A stretch of 63,671 bases of DNA from Alphaproteobacteria bacterium (GCA_009693835.1 SHWM01000003.1:1-63671), one strand, 5' to 3'; shown: positions 19,628 through 30,018, counted from the stretch's first letter. Made by a program: numbers and translations. The notes: a model not told the origin generated them from the letters alone.

Positions 19628-20962
19628 TTACCGGCTGTTGGCGATGGCGGAATTGATAAGCGCGTCGGTTTTCATGCCTGGGGCCAGACTGCCCACGCCT
19701 GTTGTGACATGCGCCCGGATCGGGACCGTGGAATCGCCTTCCATGATTTCAGTGAAATTAATGACACTGCCAATGCGGTAGGCGACGAGTTCGGCCGCCG
19801 CCAGACGGGTTTCCGGCATCAGCAGCGCAAAGCGCCGCCCTGAATAGCGGGCAGGCAAATCTTCGCCGCGCACAAGATTGCTGATCAATATGCCCAGCTG
19901 CCCAAGGATTTTGTCTCCCACACGGTAACCATGCAGGCTGTTAATTTCGGTCAGGTTGTCAACAGTGAAAATGGTAAGGCTCAGACTGCGTTTTAGCCTC
20001 TGGGAATCGGCCACCAGCCCGCTTAGATGCTCCATGAGGAAACCATGACTGTAGAGACCGGTGAGTGCGTCGCTAACCGTTCCGCTGAGAGTCTGCCGAT
20101 AGGCCATAATCATGGAATTACGCAGACGCTGCTGGCGGAGAAGGACATCAACCCTGGCGTTGAAATCCGCCATGTCCATTGGGGGACGAATCACATCCGC
20201 TGCGCCGGCGGCGTAAGCGCCCGTGAAATGGCTGGCGGAGGACGCCTCCATCAGGCATATGATGGGTATGTTGAACATGCGGGCATTGCGTCTGACATCT
20301 TCCATGAACTGAAAAAAGCCCGCTTCCTGTCCAGCCGGGATATTCACAATAATCGAGTCATAAGACCGCTTTTCGAGATAGCTCATCGCGATGCCCGTAT
20401 TGTGCGCATGGGCCGACGCGCCAAGCCCGCAAAGGCTCTGCTCGATCAATTCGATTTGCGCATGTGCGGGTCCGACCAGCAGAAAATTCGCTTCATCCGG
20501 TGATTTGTTCAACACAGAGGCGGGCGTGTGGTCTTCTACGCCATATTTCAGCGCGGTATTGGAGCGGCGGCGCAGTTCTTCCTGCATCGTGCCCAGCCGC
20601 ATGAGTGAATCTATCCGGCCAAATCGCTGCGTATCGAAGTATGGGAAGGGCAGGCAGGCGTCGGCGCCTGCGCGCAAGCCATCAATCCGCTCGGACTCGT
20701 TTTCGGAACGGGTGATCAATATGACCGGCACGCCAGCCGTTTCGCTGCGGCCTTTCAGCGCCTTGGTGAGGTTGAGGCTGGACATCGCAAGCCCGCCAGC
20801 AATAATCACCACGTCCGGTTTTGTGGACTGTACCTGGTCCAGGGCGTCCATTTTCGCCTTCAGGGGTACATTCTCATAGCCCTGGGCATGCAATTTACGC
20901 GTCAAAACACCCGCTTGCTCCGGGTCGTCATTGATAACAAGAAGGCGTGCGCTGCTGCTCAT
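19628..20962 (-). CDS. PleD/PopA-like protein: two receiver-like domains plus a degenerate GGDEF domain
   Basis: 444 aa. REC1 reads LLVINDDPEQ...KPDVVIIAGG (Ala55 at the phospho-Asp position). REC2 reads ...YDSIIVNIPAG. The GGDEF domain reads DALTGLYSHGF...TVDNLTEINSLHGYRVGD...RGEDLPARYSGRRFALLMP. That gives an I-site RxxD (RGED, nt 19859-19870) and an A-site SGRRF (nt 19829-19843) in place of GG(D/E)EF. Confidence 0.8.
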   Translation of the reverse strand: MSSSARLLVINDDPEQAGVLTRKLHAQGYENVPLKAKMDALDQVQSTKPDVVIIAGGLAMSSLNLTKALKGRSETAGVPVILITRSENESERIDGLRAGADACLPFPYFDTQRFGRIDSLMRLGTMQEELRRRSNTALKYGVEDHTPASVLNKSPDEANFLLVGPAHAQIELIEQSLCGLGASAHAHNTGIAMSYLEKRSYDSIIVNIPAGQEAGFFQFMEDVRRNARMFNIPIICLMEASSASHFTGAYAAGAADVIRPPMDMADFNARVDVLLRQQRLRNSMIMAYRQTLSGTVSDALTGLYSHGFLMEHLSGLVADSQRLKRSLSLTIFTVDNLTEINSLHGYRVGDKILGQLGILISNLVRGEDLPARYSGRRFALLMPETRLAAAELVAYRIGSVINFTEIMEGDSTVPIRAHVTTGVGSLAPGMKTDALINSAIANSR

Positions 20963-21093
20963 CTGCTGGCCTCTCCCTCTGGATTTGCCGCTATACTACT
21001 GTAGGCTGGTTAACACATTCTTTGCATTTCTGATTGCCGCAGAGAATTATGACAGCTAACGATGAATTTCATGCAGCGGGAGAGAGGAATTTG

Positions 21094-21882
21094 ATGAACG
21101 CCAAATCGGCCGGTCTGAGCGGAAAAGTTATTCTCATTACAGGAACCACCAGCGGTTTGGGCCGCCATTTCGCGCTGACCCTGGCCGCGGCAGGTGCCAG
21201 GGTCGCCGTGACCGGGCGCCGTGAGGACCGCCTGCAGAACCTGTGTGCCGAAATCAGCAGCAAAGGGGGGGCCGCCTTGCCCCTGGCGCTGGACGTGCAG
21301 GATGTGCAAAGCATCCGGCAATGCGTTGAACGGTGCGAGACGGAATGGGGACCCATTGATATTCTGGTCAATAATGCGGGGGTCAATGGCGCTGCGCGGG
21401 CCATTGACGTGACCCCTGAAATCTATGACGAGCTGTTCGGCACTAATCTGCGGGGTGCTTACTTTATGTCCACCGAGGTGGCGAAACGGATGATGGCCCG
21501 ATACAGGAGTAATCCGGAGGTCACTGGTAAAATCATCAATATAGCGTCCGCAGCGGCCAATGTGCTGTTACCCGGTCTGACTTTGTACAACATGTCGAAG
21601 GCTGGCATGGCCATGATGACCCGGGCGCTTGCCCGGGAATGGGCCCGCCAGGGTGTCAGCGTCAACGCCATTAATCCGGGCTATATAGAAACCGAACTGA
21701 ATGCAGAGTGGTTTCATAGCGAAAAAGGCAAGGCGCAAATTGCCACTTTCCTGCGCCGGCGCCTTAATCAGGCCAACGATCTGGACGGCGCTTTGTTGCT
21801 ACTATGTTCCGAGGGATCGGCCATCATGACCGGGTCGATTATCGATGTAGATGATGGGCAAAGCCTGCTGGCGCTCGGTTAA
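21094..21882 (+). CDS. SDR family oxidoreductase
   Basis: Contains GKVILITGTTSGLG (TGxxxGxG), NNAG and YNMSKAG (YxxxK). The SD GAGAGAGG precedes ATG 21094, and the track ORF begins further upstream at 21034. Confidence 0.85.
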   Translation: MNAKSAGLSGKVILITGTTSGLGRHFALTLAAAGARVAVTGRREDRLQNLCAEISSKGGAALPLALDVQDVQSIRQCVERCETEWGPIDILVNNAGVNGAARAIDVTPEIYDELFGTNLRGAYFMSTEVAKRMMARYRSNPEVTGKIINIASAAANVLLPGLTLYNMSKAGMAMMTRALAREWARQGVSVNAINPGYIETELNAEWFHSEKGKAQIATFLRRRLNQANDLDGALLLLCSEGSAIMTGSIIDVDDGQSLLALG

Positions 21883-21950
21883 TGATTTCCCTTTGCCGGA
21901 AAGCTGCACTAAAATCACCGTCATAGAATAATGAATAGGGAGCGAGCGAC

Positions 21951-23084
21951 ATGTCCGGACCGTTGTCAGGGGTAAAAATCATTGAATTTCAGGGCATTGG
22001 CCCTGCGCCGTTCTGCGGCATGCTGCTCTCCGATATGGGGGCTGATGTGGTGCGCATCGACCGCAAGGAGCGCAACGGCAATGGCAGCAAATATGATGTC
22101 GGCGGCCGTGGCCGGCGTTCGGTCTCGCTGGACCTGAAGAAACCCGAGGCGATCGAAACCTGCCTGAAGCTTATTGAGAGGGCGGATATCGTATTTGAAG
22201 GCTTCCGCCCCGGGGTGATGGAGCGCCTCGGTCTTGGCCCCGATGTGGTCCTGAAGCGCAACAAGCGTATTGTTTATGGCCGCATGACCGGGTGGGGCCA
22301 GGATGGCCCCTACGCCCAGATGGCAGGGCATGACATCAATTACATCGCCATCACAGGGGCGTTGCGGTCCTGCGCCCGCCCGGGTGAAAAGCCCATGCAT
22401 CCGTTGAATTTGGTCGGTGATTTCGGAGGCGGAGCGTTATATCTGGCGGTCGGCCTGCTGGCGGCGCTGCACAGCGCCAAGGTTACCGGGCAGGGGCAGG
22501 TGGTGGACTGTTCCATGGCGGACGGATCGGCCTCCCTCATGGCCATGTTCTACGGCATGAATGCTGCGGGGACCTGGACTGATGAAGTAGGTACTAATCT
22601 GCTGGATGGCGGCGCGCATTTTTACGACAGTTATGAATGCTCGGATGGTAACTTTATTTCAATTGGGTCCATCGAACCGCAATTTTACGCCGAACTGCTG
22701 GAAAAACTGGGCCTGACGGACGATCCTGACTTCCGCCGGCAAATGGACAAATCCAAATGGCCCGCGCTGAAACAGCGGCTGATTGACCGTTTCAAAACCA
22801 AGACGCGGGATCAGTGGTGCGCCATTATGGAAGGAACCGATATTTGTTTCGGACCCGTTCTGACGCTGAAGGAAGCCTTGAAACACCCGCATAATATCGC
22901 ACGCAAAACGTTTGTGGAAGTAGAAGGGGTGCCGCAGCCGGCGCCGGCGCCGAGATTTAGTGCGACGATATCAAAAATTCACAGCCCGCCCCCGATTATC
23001 GGGCAACACACGGAAAGCGCCCTGAAGGACTGGGGCTTATCCGGAAACGATGTGGAAGCGTTGCGTAAAGCCGGGGCGATTTAA
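21951..23084 (+). CDS. CaiB/BaiF family III CoA-transferase (alpha-methylacyl-CoA racemase-like)
   Basis: Contains GPLSGVKIIEFQGIGPAPFCGMLLSDMGADVVRIDR...GFRPGVMERLGLG...GRMTGWGQDGP...AGHDINYIA, typical of family III CoA-transferases. Confidence 0.85.
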   Translation: MSGPLSGVKIIEFQGIGPAPFCGMLLSDMGADVVRIDRKERNGNGSKYDVGGRGRRSVSLDLKKPEAIETCLKLIERADIVFEGFRPGVMERLGLGPDVVLKRNKRIVYGRMTGWGQDGPYAQMAGHDINYIAITGALRSCARPGEKPMHPLNLVGDFGGGALYLAVGLLAALHSAKVTGQGQVVDCSMADGSASLMAMFYGMNAAGTWTDEVGTNLLDGGAHFYDSYECSDGNFISIGSIEPQFYAELLEKLGLTDDPDFRRQMDKSKWPALKQRLIDRFKTKTRDQWCAIMEGTDICFGPVLTLKEALKHPHNIARKTFVEVEGVPQPAPAPRFSATISKIHSPPPIIGQHTESALKDWGLSGNDVEALRKAGAI

Positions 23085-23086
23085 TC

Positions 23087-23839
23087 GTGCAGGTTTTACC
23101 CGGAACAACTGGCCGGCGGCGCATCTATCTTATGCGCCACGGTCATGTGGATTACTTCGCGCCCGAAGTCATCGCGTCGGGTGACTATGAAGGCGTTGGG
23201 TTGACGGTGATGGGCCGCGAGCAGGCAGAGGCGGCGGGGCAGGCGCTGGCGCATGTGCCCTTTGACCGCGTGATTTGCTCGGGCCTTAACCGGACAGTAG
23301 AAACTGCCAAAATTACTATTTCAGGTAATCAGTTAAAGTCTAATCTTAAAGTAGAAGTTGAGAAAGGTCTTGTGGAGTTGAAGGGCAGCACCAATGGCCC
23401 CCCCATGACGCGAGAAAAACTGGGTGCGGCGCTGGCGTTTCAGTTCGATTCTGCGGCAGAGCCTGGGGCGCGTTTTGGATTGGGCACCAATGGGGAGATT
23501 TTTCTGGACGCCCTGGCGCGGGGCAGCGCTTCGATTGAGGGGCTATTGCAGCAACCCGATTGGGCCAATATTCTGGTGGTGGCGCATGAAGGCATCAACC
23601 GCATCCTTCTGGGATGGATGACCGGTGCCGGGTTGAAAGGGGTTCAGGCCTTCGAACAGGACACTGCCTGTGTCAATATTCTTGATTTTGACATGGCACC
23701 GCGCGCCAACGGGCAGGCCGTTGAGATAATTCGTAAAGTAATCAAGGCGCTAAACCTTACTCCTTATAACTGGACCAAGTTTGGCATGAATATGACCAGC
23801 CTGGAGCGGATCATGGCGCCCATCCATGATCATCATTAA
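23087..23839 (+). CDS. histidine phosphatase family protein (phosphoglycerate mutase-like)
   Basis: GTG start 3 nt after the previous stop. It has the RHG motif (IYLMRHGHVDY) and a second catalytic His in VVAHEGINR. Confidence 0.75.
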   Translation: MQVLPGTTGRRRIYLMRHGHVDYFAPEVIASGDYEGVGLTVMGREQAEAAGQALAHVPFDRVICSGLNRTVETAKITISGNQLKSNLKVEVEKGLVELKGSTNGPPMTREKLGAALAFQFDSAAEPGARFGLGTNGEIFLDALARGSASIEGLLQQPDWANILVVAHEGINRILLGWMTGAGLKGVQAFEQDTACVNILDFDMAPRANGQAVEIIRKVIKALNLTPYNWTKFGMNMTSLERIMAPIHDHH

Positions 23840-24006
23840 AAGTCTGGACAAGGATCTGATTAGAACTACGTAATTTATTTGGCTTTTACTTAACCTTCAC
23901 CGAACTGTGTGACGCCTGTCACTTTAATCAAGTGTTATCCCCAATCATATACACATGTGAGTGAGACAACTTCTTTCTCACCTAGTGATGCTGTTTGGAT
24001 TGACGC

Positions 24007-24234
24007 ATGGGCAGAGATTTGGAAAATTTAAGTAACGAGCTGGTGCAGGCCCAGTTACTTTTATGTGGCAAAGATCAACAGATTGGTCAACTTTTGCGGG
24101 AAATAAGCCGTCTTAAGCTGCAGGACGGGGTGAGCGACGGTTCAATCGAACCCTCCGCAATACGCAATTCCGATGTCTCGCAAAAGGAAGCAATGATCCG
24201 CAACATGTTGGAGCGTCTCGAAAAACTCGGGTAG
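24007..24234 (+). CDS. hypothetical small protein (75 aa, heptad/coiled-coil-like); may not be a real gene
   Basis: This is the only ORF of 60 aa or more in an AT-rich 0.9-kb gap. It has no obvious SD, and it starts directly after an in-frame stop. I recognise no family signature. Confidence 0.2.
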   Translation: MGRDLENLSNELVQAQLLLCGKDQQIGQLLREISRLKLQDGVSDGSIEPSAIRNSDVSQKEAMIRNMLERLEKLG

Positions 24235-24744
24235 CCGCTGCCTGGCCGTTATCAAAGGCGCGTTGATCGGCCCATTACACGCACGGGACCCGCGAACATC
24301 CGGCAAATCCAGGCGCCTGTGTTGAAGTACGCTGATTTCGCCGGATACCAGCGCTCATCTCTCACAGACCCATAGATGATAAATTGCTCGGTTCGAGCGT
24401 TGCCGGCCGCTAGGGCTAGTGACGCATAATGAGCCCGTATATCACTAGACCATGTTCGGATCAGATGTAATCGCCCATGGCGATCCCGTTTGAGCCGTAA
24501 AACATGGTCTATATGATAATTTAGAGCAACATGTGATCAGGTAAAACCATCCGGTTCCGTCTGATCGCGTAAAGTTGCTTCAACTTCAAAATGACCGGCG
24601 TCGGGGGATCGAGATGGAGCTGAGAATAGCCCCGGCTCAGCGGCTAATATAAATCGCATAATATATATTATGGTAAATTATTAAATATATTTTGAAATTA
24701 ACTAGTTGCTCAAATATTGCAATGAACTAATCGAGCTGAAGCAA

Positions 24745-26894
24745 TCAATCATAATGAAACGAAGCCTCGTCATTCACGGGAACCCATGGGCGCTGGCCAC
24801 GCATTTGTGCGACGTTTTCTACCAGGAAACCCTCTGGGGTGAACCAGACAGAATGTGCGCCCCCGGTGTGCAAATTTCTGATATCAATCACCACACGCAG
24901 CCCTTTGCAATTCCTCGCAGGAAAGCTGGCCACCAGAATGCTCGCCTGTGCGCAATCCTCGGAAAGTGCATCAGCGCCTTGCAGGAATGCGACGATTTCG
25001 CCTCGCCGGGCATTAAATATGCACCCCAAAGCGTCACAGGCGGCGGACGGATCTTCGCGGACCTCCGCCAGCCGTCCCATCAGGCCTTCCTGCCGGGACC
25101 ATTCCTGGGCCGAACGGCGCGCCGCTCTCGCACTATTTGTCACCAATTGGCCTGCCGGGTTGCGTACCGCAATCGGGCGGCCATTGCCTTCAATCAATAT
25201 ATCCGGTTGGGAAAAGGCGCCTACCATCCAGAGCGCCAGGCCAGCCAGGATTGGCACGAGGCCCGCCAAGCGCCAGCGTTGCGCCCACACGCATAACCAG
25301 AGCCCTCCAAAGACGATCAGCAGAAATGCGGCGTCGGGGCCCTGTTCCACCCCGATTACGGCGCCCGGCAGAGCCGCAACCCAAAAGGCAATTTCGAGAA
25401 CACCTTCCACCCCCCCATGGGCAGCAGCGCCAGCCATTCCTGTCCGAAAGGCATCAGAATGAAGGCAGCGACCGCACAGGGCATGACCACAATTCCGGTC
25501 AGGGGGATTGCCAGCATGTTCGCCAGCAGGCCATAAACGGTAAAGCGATTGAAATGGTACGCCGCAAAGGGCGCAGTGGCCAGGCCAGCAACCAGGCTGG
25601 AGGCCAGCGTCGCGCCGGCATATTTCCCGCCCCGAAGAAACCATCCATCCTCGCCAGTTGAGATTGAAAATTGCCTGCCATAGGCTTCATAGAACGCGAC
25701 CAGCGCGGTCACGGCGGCAAACGACATCTGAAAGCTGGCGCTGTGCAGGCTTTCCGGTGATATCAGTAATATGGCGCTGGCGGCGAGCATGATGGTGCGC
25801 ATGGAAATGGCCGATCTGTCCAGAATCATGGCGGCCAGTATCATTCCTGTCATCATGAAGGAACGCTGTGCCGGTATCGATGCGCCGGAAATCAGCAGAT
25901 AGAGCCATAGTCCAAAGAGCGCAAATGCGGCCGACCATTTCTTGATCGGAAAGCGAAGGGCAACGCGCTCCTACAGCGCCAGAGCCGCACGCAGGGAAAA
26001 AAACAAAATGCCCGCCACCATGCCCATATGCAGGCCTGAAATGGAGATCAGATGCGCCAGCCCGGAATTGATCATGGCCATATTCACCTGGCTGGAGATG
26101 GCGGCCCGGTCTCCGGTCATTAAGGCAGCGGACAGCACGCCGGCATCGCCAGGAATGGCGGCCATGATGCGCGCGGTTATGTGGTCCCGCAAAACCGTCA
26201 GCCGCAGCAGCAGATTTTGCGGAAATCCATCCTGCGGCGCCATGTTGAGTAATTGCGGCCGCGTAATGATAAAGCCAACGCCGCCTATGCGTTCAAACCA
26301 CAGCATGCGCCCATAGTCGAAGCCGCCTGGGGTCACGGGGCCTGGCGGCGGCATCAGCACCGCGCGCAGCCGCACGATGTCCCCCGCCTTCAATGCGGCG
26401 TTCGCCCGGCTCTTGCCACTGAGACGCAGGCGAAGTCGCACGGGTATTTTATCAGGCGTCATCCGTTCGATCGCATCGGGCGCGATCAGATAGCGGACAC
26501 CGTCATCCTGCCGTTCCAGTTCGATCAGTTGTCCGCTAACCGTGACCGGCCCCAGGCGCATGCCAATGAGCGGGGTGGCCAGTATGGCCGAGCGCCACTG
26601 TGCCGCGGTAAATCCCGCCGCCAAGAACACAAGGACGATCAGCGACAGCTGCGCCCCCGCCCACCGGCGGCAGACATAAGCGCCCGCCACGGATAGCGCC
26701 AATAGGCCTGCACCCGCGAACTGCACTGGCTCCCAAAGCAGCGCAAAATAAAGCCCTATGCCTGCGCCAATGAAAATGGGCGCCCATAGCGCCCAACGGG
26801 AACGGTCCGACAGTAATTGTTCCCCGGCCAGGGTCCGCGCGTGGGCCAGCGAAAATCCGGCCCATGGCCGCTTCAGGTACGCCAGCATTTGCAA
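24745..26894 (-). pseudogene. comEC: ComEC/Rec2 family competence protein, disrupted by one in-frame TAG and one frameshift
   Basis: Track ORFs 25971-26894, 25356-25856 and 24745-25644 are consecutive pieces of one ComEC. The N-terminal piece ends ...SGLAHLISISGLHMGMVAG...AALAL then TAG (25971-25973). It continues in the same frame as ERVALRFPIKKWSAAFALFGLWLYLLISGASIPAQRSFMMTG... At the C7 run on the + strand (25410-25416) the conserved sequence jumps frame, from ...LLPMGG to VEGVLEIAFWVAALPGAV.... It is divergent from gltX, which is the usual synteny. Confidence 0.8.
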
Positions 26895-27059
26895 TGCGAG
26901 AACTCCGCTGAATGCCAGTAAGGTCCTAATAGTCCGTTTGCGCCAGTGGCCTGCCCGTGCGAAATTTGACGCGCCACAAGAGTGGACTACTGCTCAATGC
27001 CCGTACTGTGCTAAGCAAGCGGCGATTAATCAACCCCGAACTCGAATCGACCTTTCACG

Positions 27060-28472
27060 ATGGCCGGAACCCGACCCGTCATAACGCGCTTTGCCCCCTC
27101 CCCCACAGGCTTTCTGCATATTGGCGGCGCGCGCACGGCTCTGTTCAACTGGCTGTTTGCCCGGCGTCATAAGGGTACATTCCTGTTGCGCATTGAAGAT
27201 ACAGACCAGGTGCGGTCGACCCAGGCGGCCATAGACGCTATACTTGAAGGCATGGACTGGTTGGGTCTGAAGGCGGATGCGCCTCCGGTTTATCAATTCG
27301 CCCTGCGCGAACGGCACGCCGAAGTGGCCCGGCAATTACTGGCGGCCGGCAAGGCCTATCATTGTTATTGCACGCAGGCAGAACTGGAAGCGATGCGTGA
27401 AACCGCGAGGGGCGAGGGCAAGCCCCCCATCTATAATGGCATGTGGCGCGACCGGGACCCGGCCGAGGCGCCTGCTGGCGTTCCCCCGGTGGTGCGCATC
27501 AAGGTGCCGCAAACCGGCAATACACTGGTCGATGATCAGGTGTTGGGACCGGTCAGTTTCAATAATGCGCAACTGGATGATTTCGTTTTACTGCGCAGCG
27601 ATGGGACCCCCACCTATATGCTGTCCGTGGTGGTGGATGATCATGACATGGCGATCAGCCATGTGATCCGGGGCGACGATCACTTCACCAATACGGCGCG
27701 CCAGTTGCAGATCTATCAGGCGATGGGATGGGCCGAACCCGTCTTTGCCCATCTGCCCATGATCCTGGGATCCGACGGCGCCAAACTATCCAAGAGGCAT
27801 GGCGCGCTGGGTGTGGACGCCTATCGCGATATGGGTTATCTGCCAGAAGCCATGCGCAACTATCTGCTGCGTCTGGGCTGGTCGCATGGGGATGACGAAA
27901 TCATTTCCACAGCTCAGGCCATTGCATGGTTTGATCTGGATGGCATCGGTAAATCCGCCGCCCGGTTTGATTACGCCAAGCTTGAAAATCTTAACGGAAT
28001 TTACCTGCGCGAGAAGCCGCAAGGCGAAATTCTGCCGGAACTGCTTCATACGCTTGGCCGCCTGAGGGGAAAAGAAGTGGACGCTGAAGGCCGCGCCCGG
28101 TTAGAGATTGCCCTGCCCGGCCTGAAGGAGCGCGCCACCAATCTGGTGGAGTTGGCGAAAAGTGCTGAATTCTTGTTTGCGGAGCGCCCCCTCGTCGTGG
28201 AGGATAGCGCCATGAAACAGTTGACGCCCGAGGCCCGAAGCCGCCTGAAAGAACTGGCTGTGGTTCTGGATGCCCAGACGATATGGACGGCGCAGGCACT
28301 GGAAGCCCGCATCCGCGAATATGTAACGGCCAGCGGAATAAAGCTCGGCCAGGCGGCGCAACCGCTGCGCGCCGCGCTGACGGGGGCCGCCACATCGCCG
28401 GGAATATTTGATGTTCTGTTAGCCCTGGGGAAACAGGAGAGCGTGGCCAGAATAAAAGATCAAAGTCTATAG
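27060..28472 (+). CDS. gltX: glutamate--tRNA ligase
   Basis: Contains [29 protein letters not shown] (HIGH)...LLRIEDTD...LSKRHG (KMSKS-type). Confidence 0.93.
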   Translation: MAGTRPVITRFAPSPTGFLHIGGARTALFNWLFARRHKGTFLLRIEDTDQVRSTQAAIDAILEGMDWLGLKADAPPVYQFALRERHAEVARQLLAAGKAYHCYCTQAELEAMRETARGEGKPPIYNGMWRDRDPAEAPAGVPPVVRIKVPQTGNTLVDDQVLGPVSFNNAQLDDFVLLRSDGTPTYMLSVVVDDHDMAISHVIRGDDHFTNTARQLQIYQAMGWAEPVFAHLPMILGSDGAKLSKRHGALGVDAYRDMGYLPEAMRNYLLRLGWSHGDDEIISTAQAIAWFDLDGIGKSAARFDYAKLENLNGIYLREKPQGEILPELLHTLGRLRGKEVDAEGRARLEIALPGLKERATNLVELAKSAEFLFAERPLVVEDSAMKQLTPEARSRLKELAVVLDAQTIWTAQALEARIREYVTASGIKLGQAAQPLRAALTGAATSPGIFDVLLALGKQESVARIKDQSL

Positions 28473-28599
28473 CCGCCAGGTTAAATCAATTATTTCGATT
28501 TACATGATAAATTCTTGTGCGTCGCAATAAGCCTATGATTAACTATGTGTCATAGAGTACCGCATGGATGCGTGAGACCATCATCAACAGGAGTTTTGG

Positions 28600-29979
28600 A
28601 TGAAGAAAACCAGTAAACCCGCCGGAGCGGCGCTGAAGGCCAAACCGGCCAAAGCCGCCAAAACATCGGCCAAAGCTTCAGAATCCCAGAAGCTGAACTC
28701 CGTCACTCTTACCTATGGCGGCAAGACCCTGCAGTTGCCGGTGATGCACGCCAGCGAAGGGCCCAGCGTCATCGACGTGCGCAAGCTCTACGCCGAAACT
28801 GGCATGTTTACCTATGATCCGGGTTTCACCTCGACGGCGAGCTGCGATTCCAAAATCACTTATATTGATGGCGATGCGGGCATCCTGCGCCATCGTGGTT
28901 ACTCGATCGATGAATTGGCCATGAAAAGTGATTTCATGGAAACGGCCTATCTGCTGCTCGAGGGCGAGTTGCCCAACAAAAAGCAGAAGGATAAATTCGT
29001 TTACGACATCACCATGCACACCATGCTGCATGAGCAGATTCTGAACGTATTCCGGGGCTTCCGCCGCGACAGCCACCCGATGGCCGTCATGTGCGGCGTG
29101 GCGGGGGCGCTGTCCGCTTTTTATCACGATTCAACCGATATTACCGATCCGTATCAGCGCATGGTCGCCAGCTATCGTATGATCGCCAAGATGCCCACCA
29201 TTGCGGCGCTCGCCTATAAATATTCGGTCGGGCAGCCTTTTGTTTATCCGCGCAACGAACTCACTTACGCCGAAAACTTCCTGCATATGTGCTTTTCCGT
29301 TCCCGCGGAAGAATATAAAGTGAAACCGGTGATCGCGCGCGCCATGGACCGAATTTTTATTCTGCATGCGGATCATGAGCAGAATGCGTCAACATCGACC
29401 GTCCGGCTGGCGGGCTCATCGGACGCCAACCCCTTCGCCTGCATAGCGGCGGGCATTGCCAGCCTGTGGGGGCCCGCGCATGGCGGCGCCAATGAGGCGG
29501 CGCTCAATATGCTGCAGTCCATTGGTACGGTGGACAATATCAAGACATTTATCAGCCGGGCCAAGGACAAGAACGACACCAGCAAGCTGATGGGTTTTGG
29601 CCACCGTGTGTACAAGAATTACGATCCGCGGGCCAAGGTGATGCAGAAAACGTGTCATGAGGTGCTTGGCGTTCTGGGCATCAAGCACGATCCGCTTTTG
29701 CAGGTCGCAATGAAGCTTGAGGAAATCGCGCTGAACGACAAATATTTCATTGACCGCCAGCTTTACCCGAACGTCGACTTCTACTCCGGCATTATTCAGC
29801 GTGCGCTCGGTTTCCCGCCATCGATGTTCACCGTGATCTTCGCGGTGGCGCGCACAGTTGGCTGGGTGGCGCAGTGGAACGAAATGATTACGGATAAGGG
29901 CAAGAAGATTGGCCGTCCGAGACAGTTATATCTGGGCGCCGAAGGGCGTAAATATGTGCCATTGGCCGGGCGCAAATAG
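28600..29979 (+). CDS. gltA: citrate synthase (type II) with a Lys/Ala/Pro-rich N-terminal extension
   Basis: The core reads ...[11 protein letters not shown]...[28 protein letters not shown]...[14 protein letters not shown]...GPAHGGANE...[13 protein letters not shown]... A strong SD (AGGAG, 6-nt spacer) precedes ATG 28600. There is no other canonical in-frame start before the conserved core. Confidence 0.93.
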   Translation: MKKTSKPAGAALKAKPAKAAKTSAKASESQKLNSVTLTYGGKTLQLPVMHASEGPSVIDVRKLYAETGMFTYDPGFTSTASCDSKITYIDGDAGILRHRGYSIDELAMKSDFMETAYLLLEGELPNKKQKDKFVYDITMHTMLHEQILNVFRGFRRDSHPMAVMCGVAGALSAFYHDSTDITDPYQRMVASYRMIAKMPTIAALAYKYSVGQPFVYPRNELTYAENFLHMCFSVPAEEYKVKPVIARAMDRIFILHADHEQNASTSTVRLAGSSDANPFACIAAGIASLWGPAHGGANEAALNMLQSIGTVDNIKTFISRAKDKNDTSKLMGFGHRVYKNYDPRAKVMQKTCHEVLGVLGIKHDPLLQVAMKLEEIALNDKYFIDRQLYPNVDFYSGIIQRALGFPPSMFTVIFAVARTVGWVAQWNEMITDKGKKIGRPRQLYLGAEGRKYVPLAGRK

Positions 29980-30018
29980 AAATATTCGTAGCAAGTGGAA
30001 ATATTCGTAAGAGAGTGG

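Noticed and set aside
27038-27052. GAAC-N7-GACC, resembling the alphaproteobacterial LexA box (GAAC-N7-GAAC / GTTC-N7-GTTC), in the comEC/gltX divergent region.
   Set aside because: One half-site is mismatched. The motif sits 8 nt from the gltX ATG, where an SD region is expected, and it is short enough to occur by chance.
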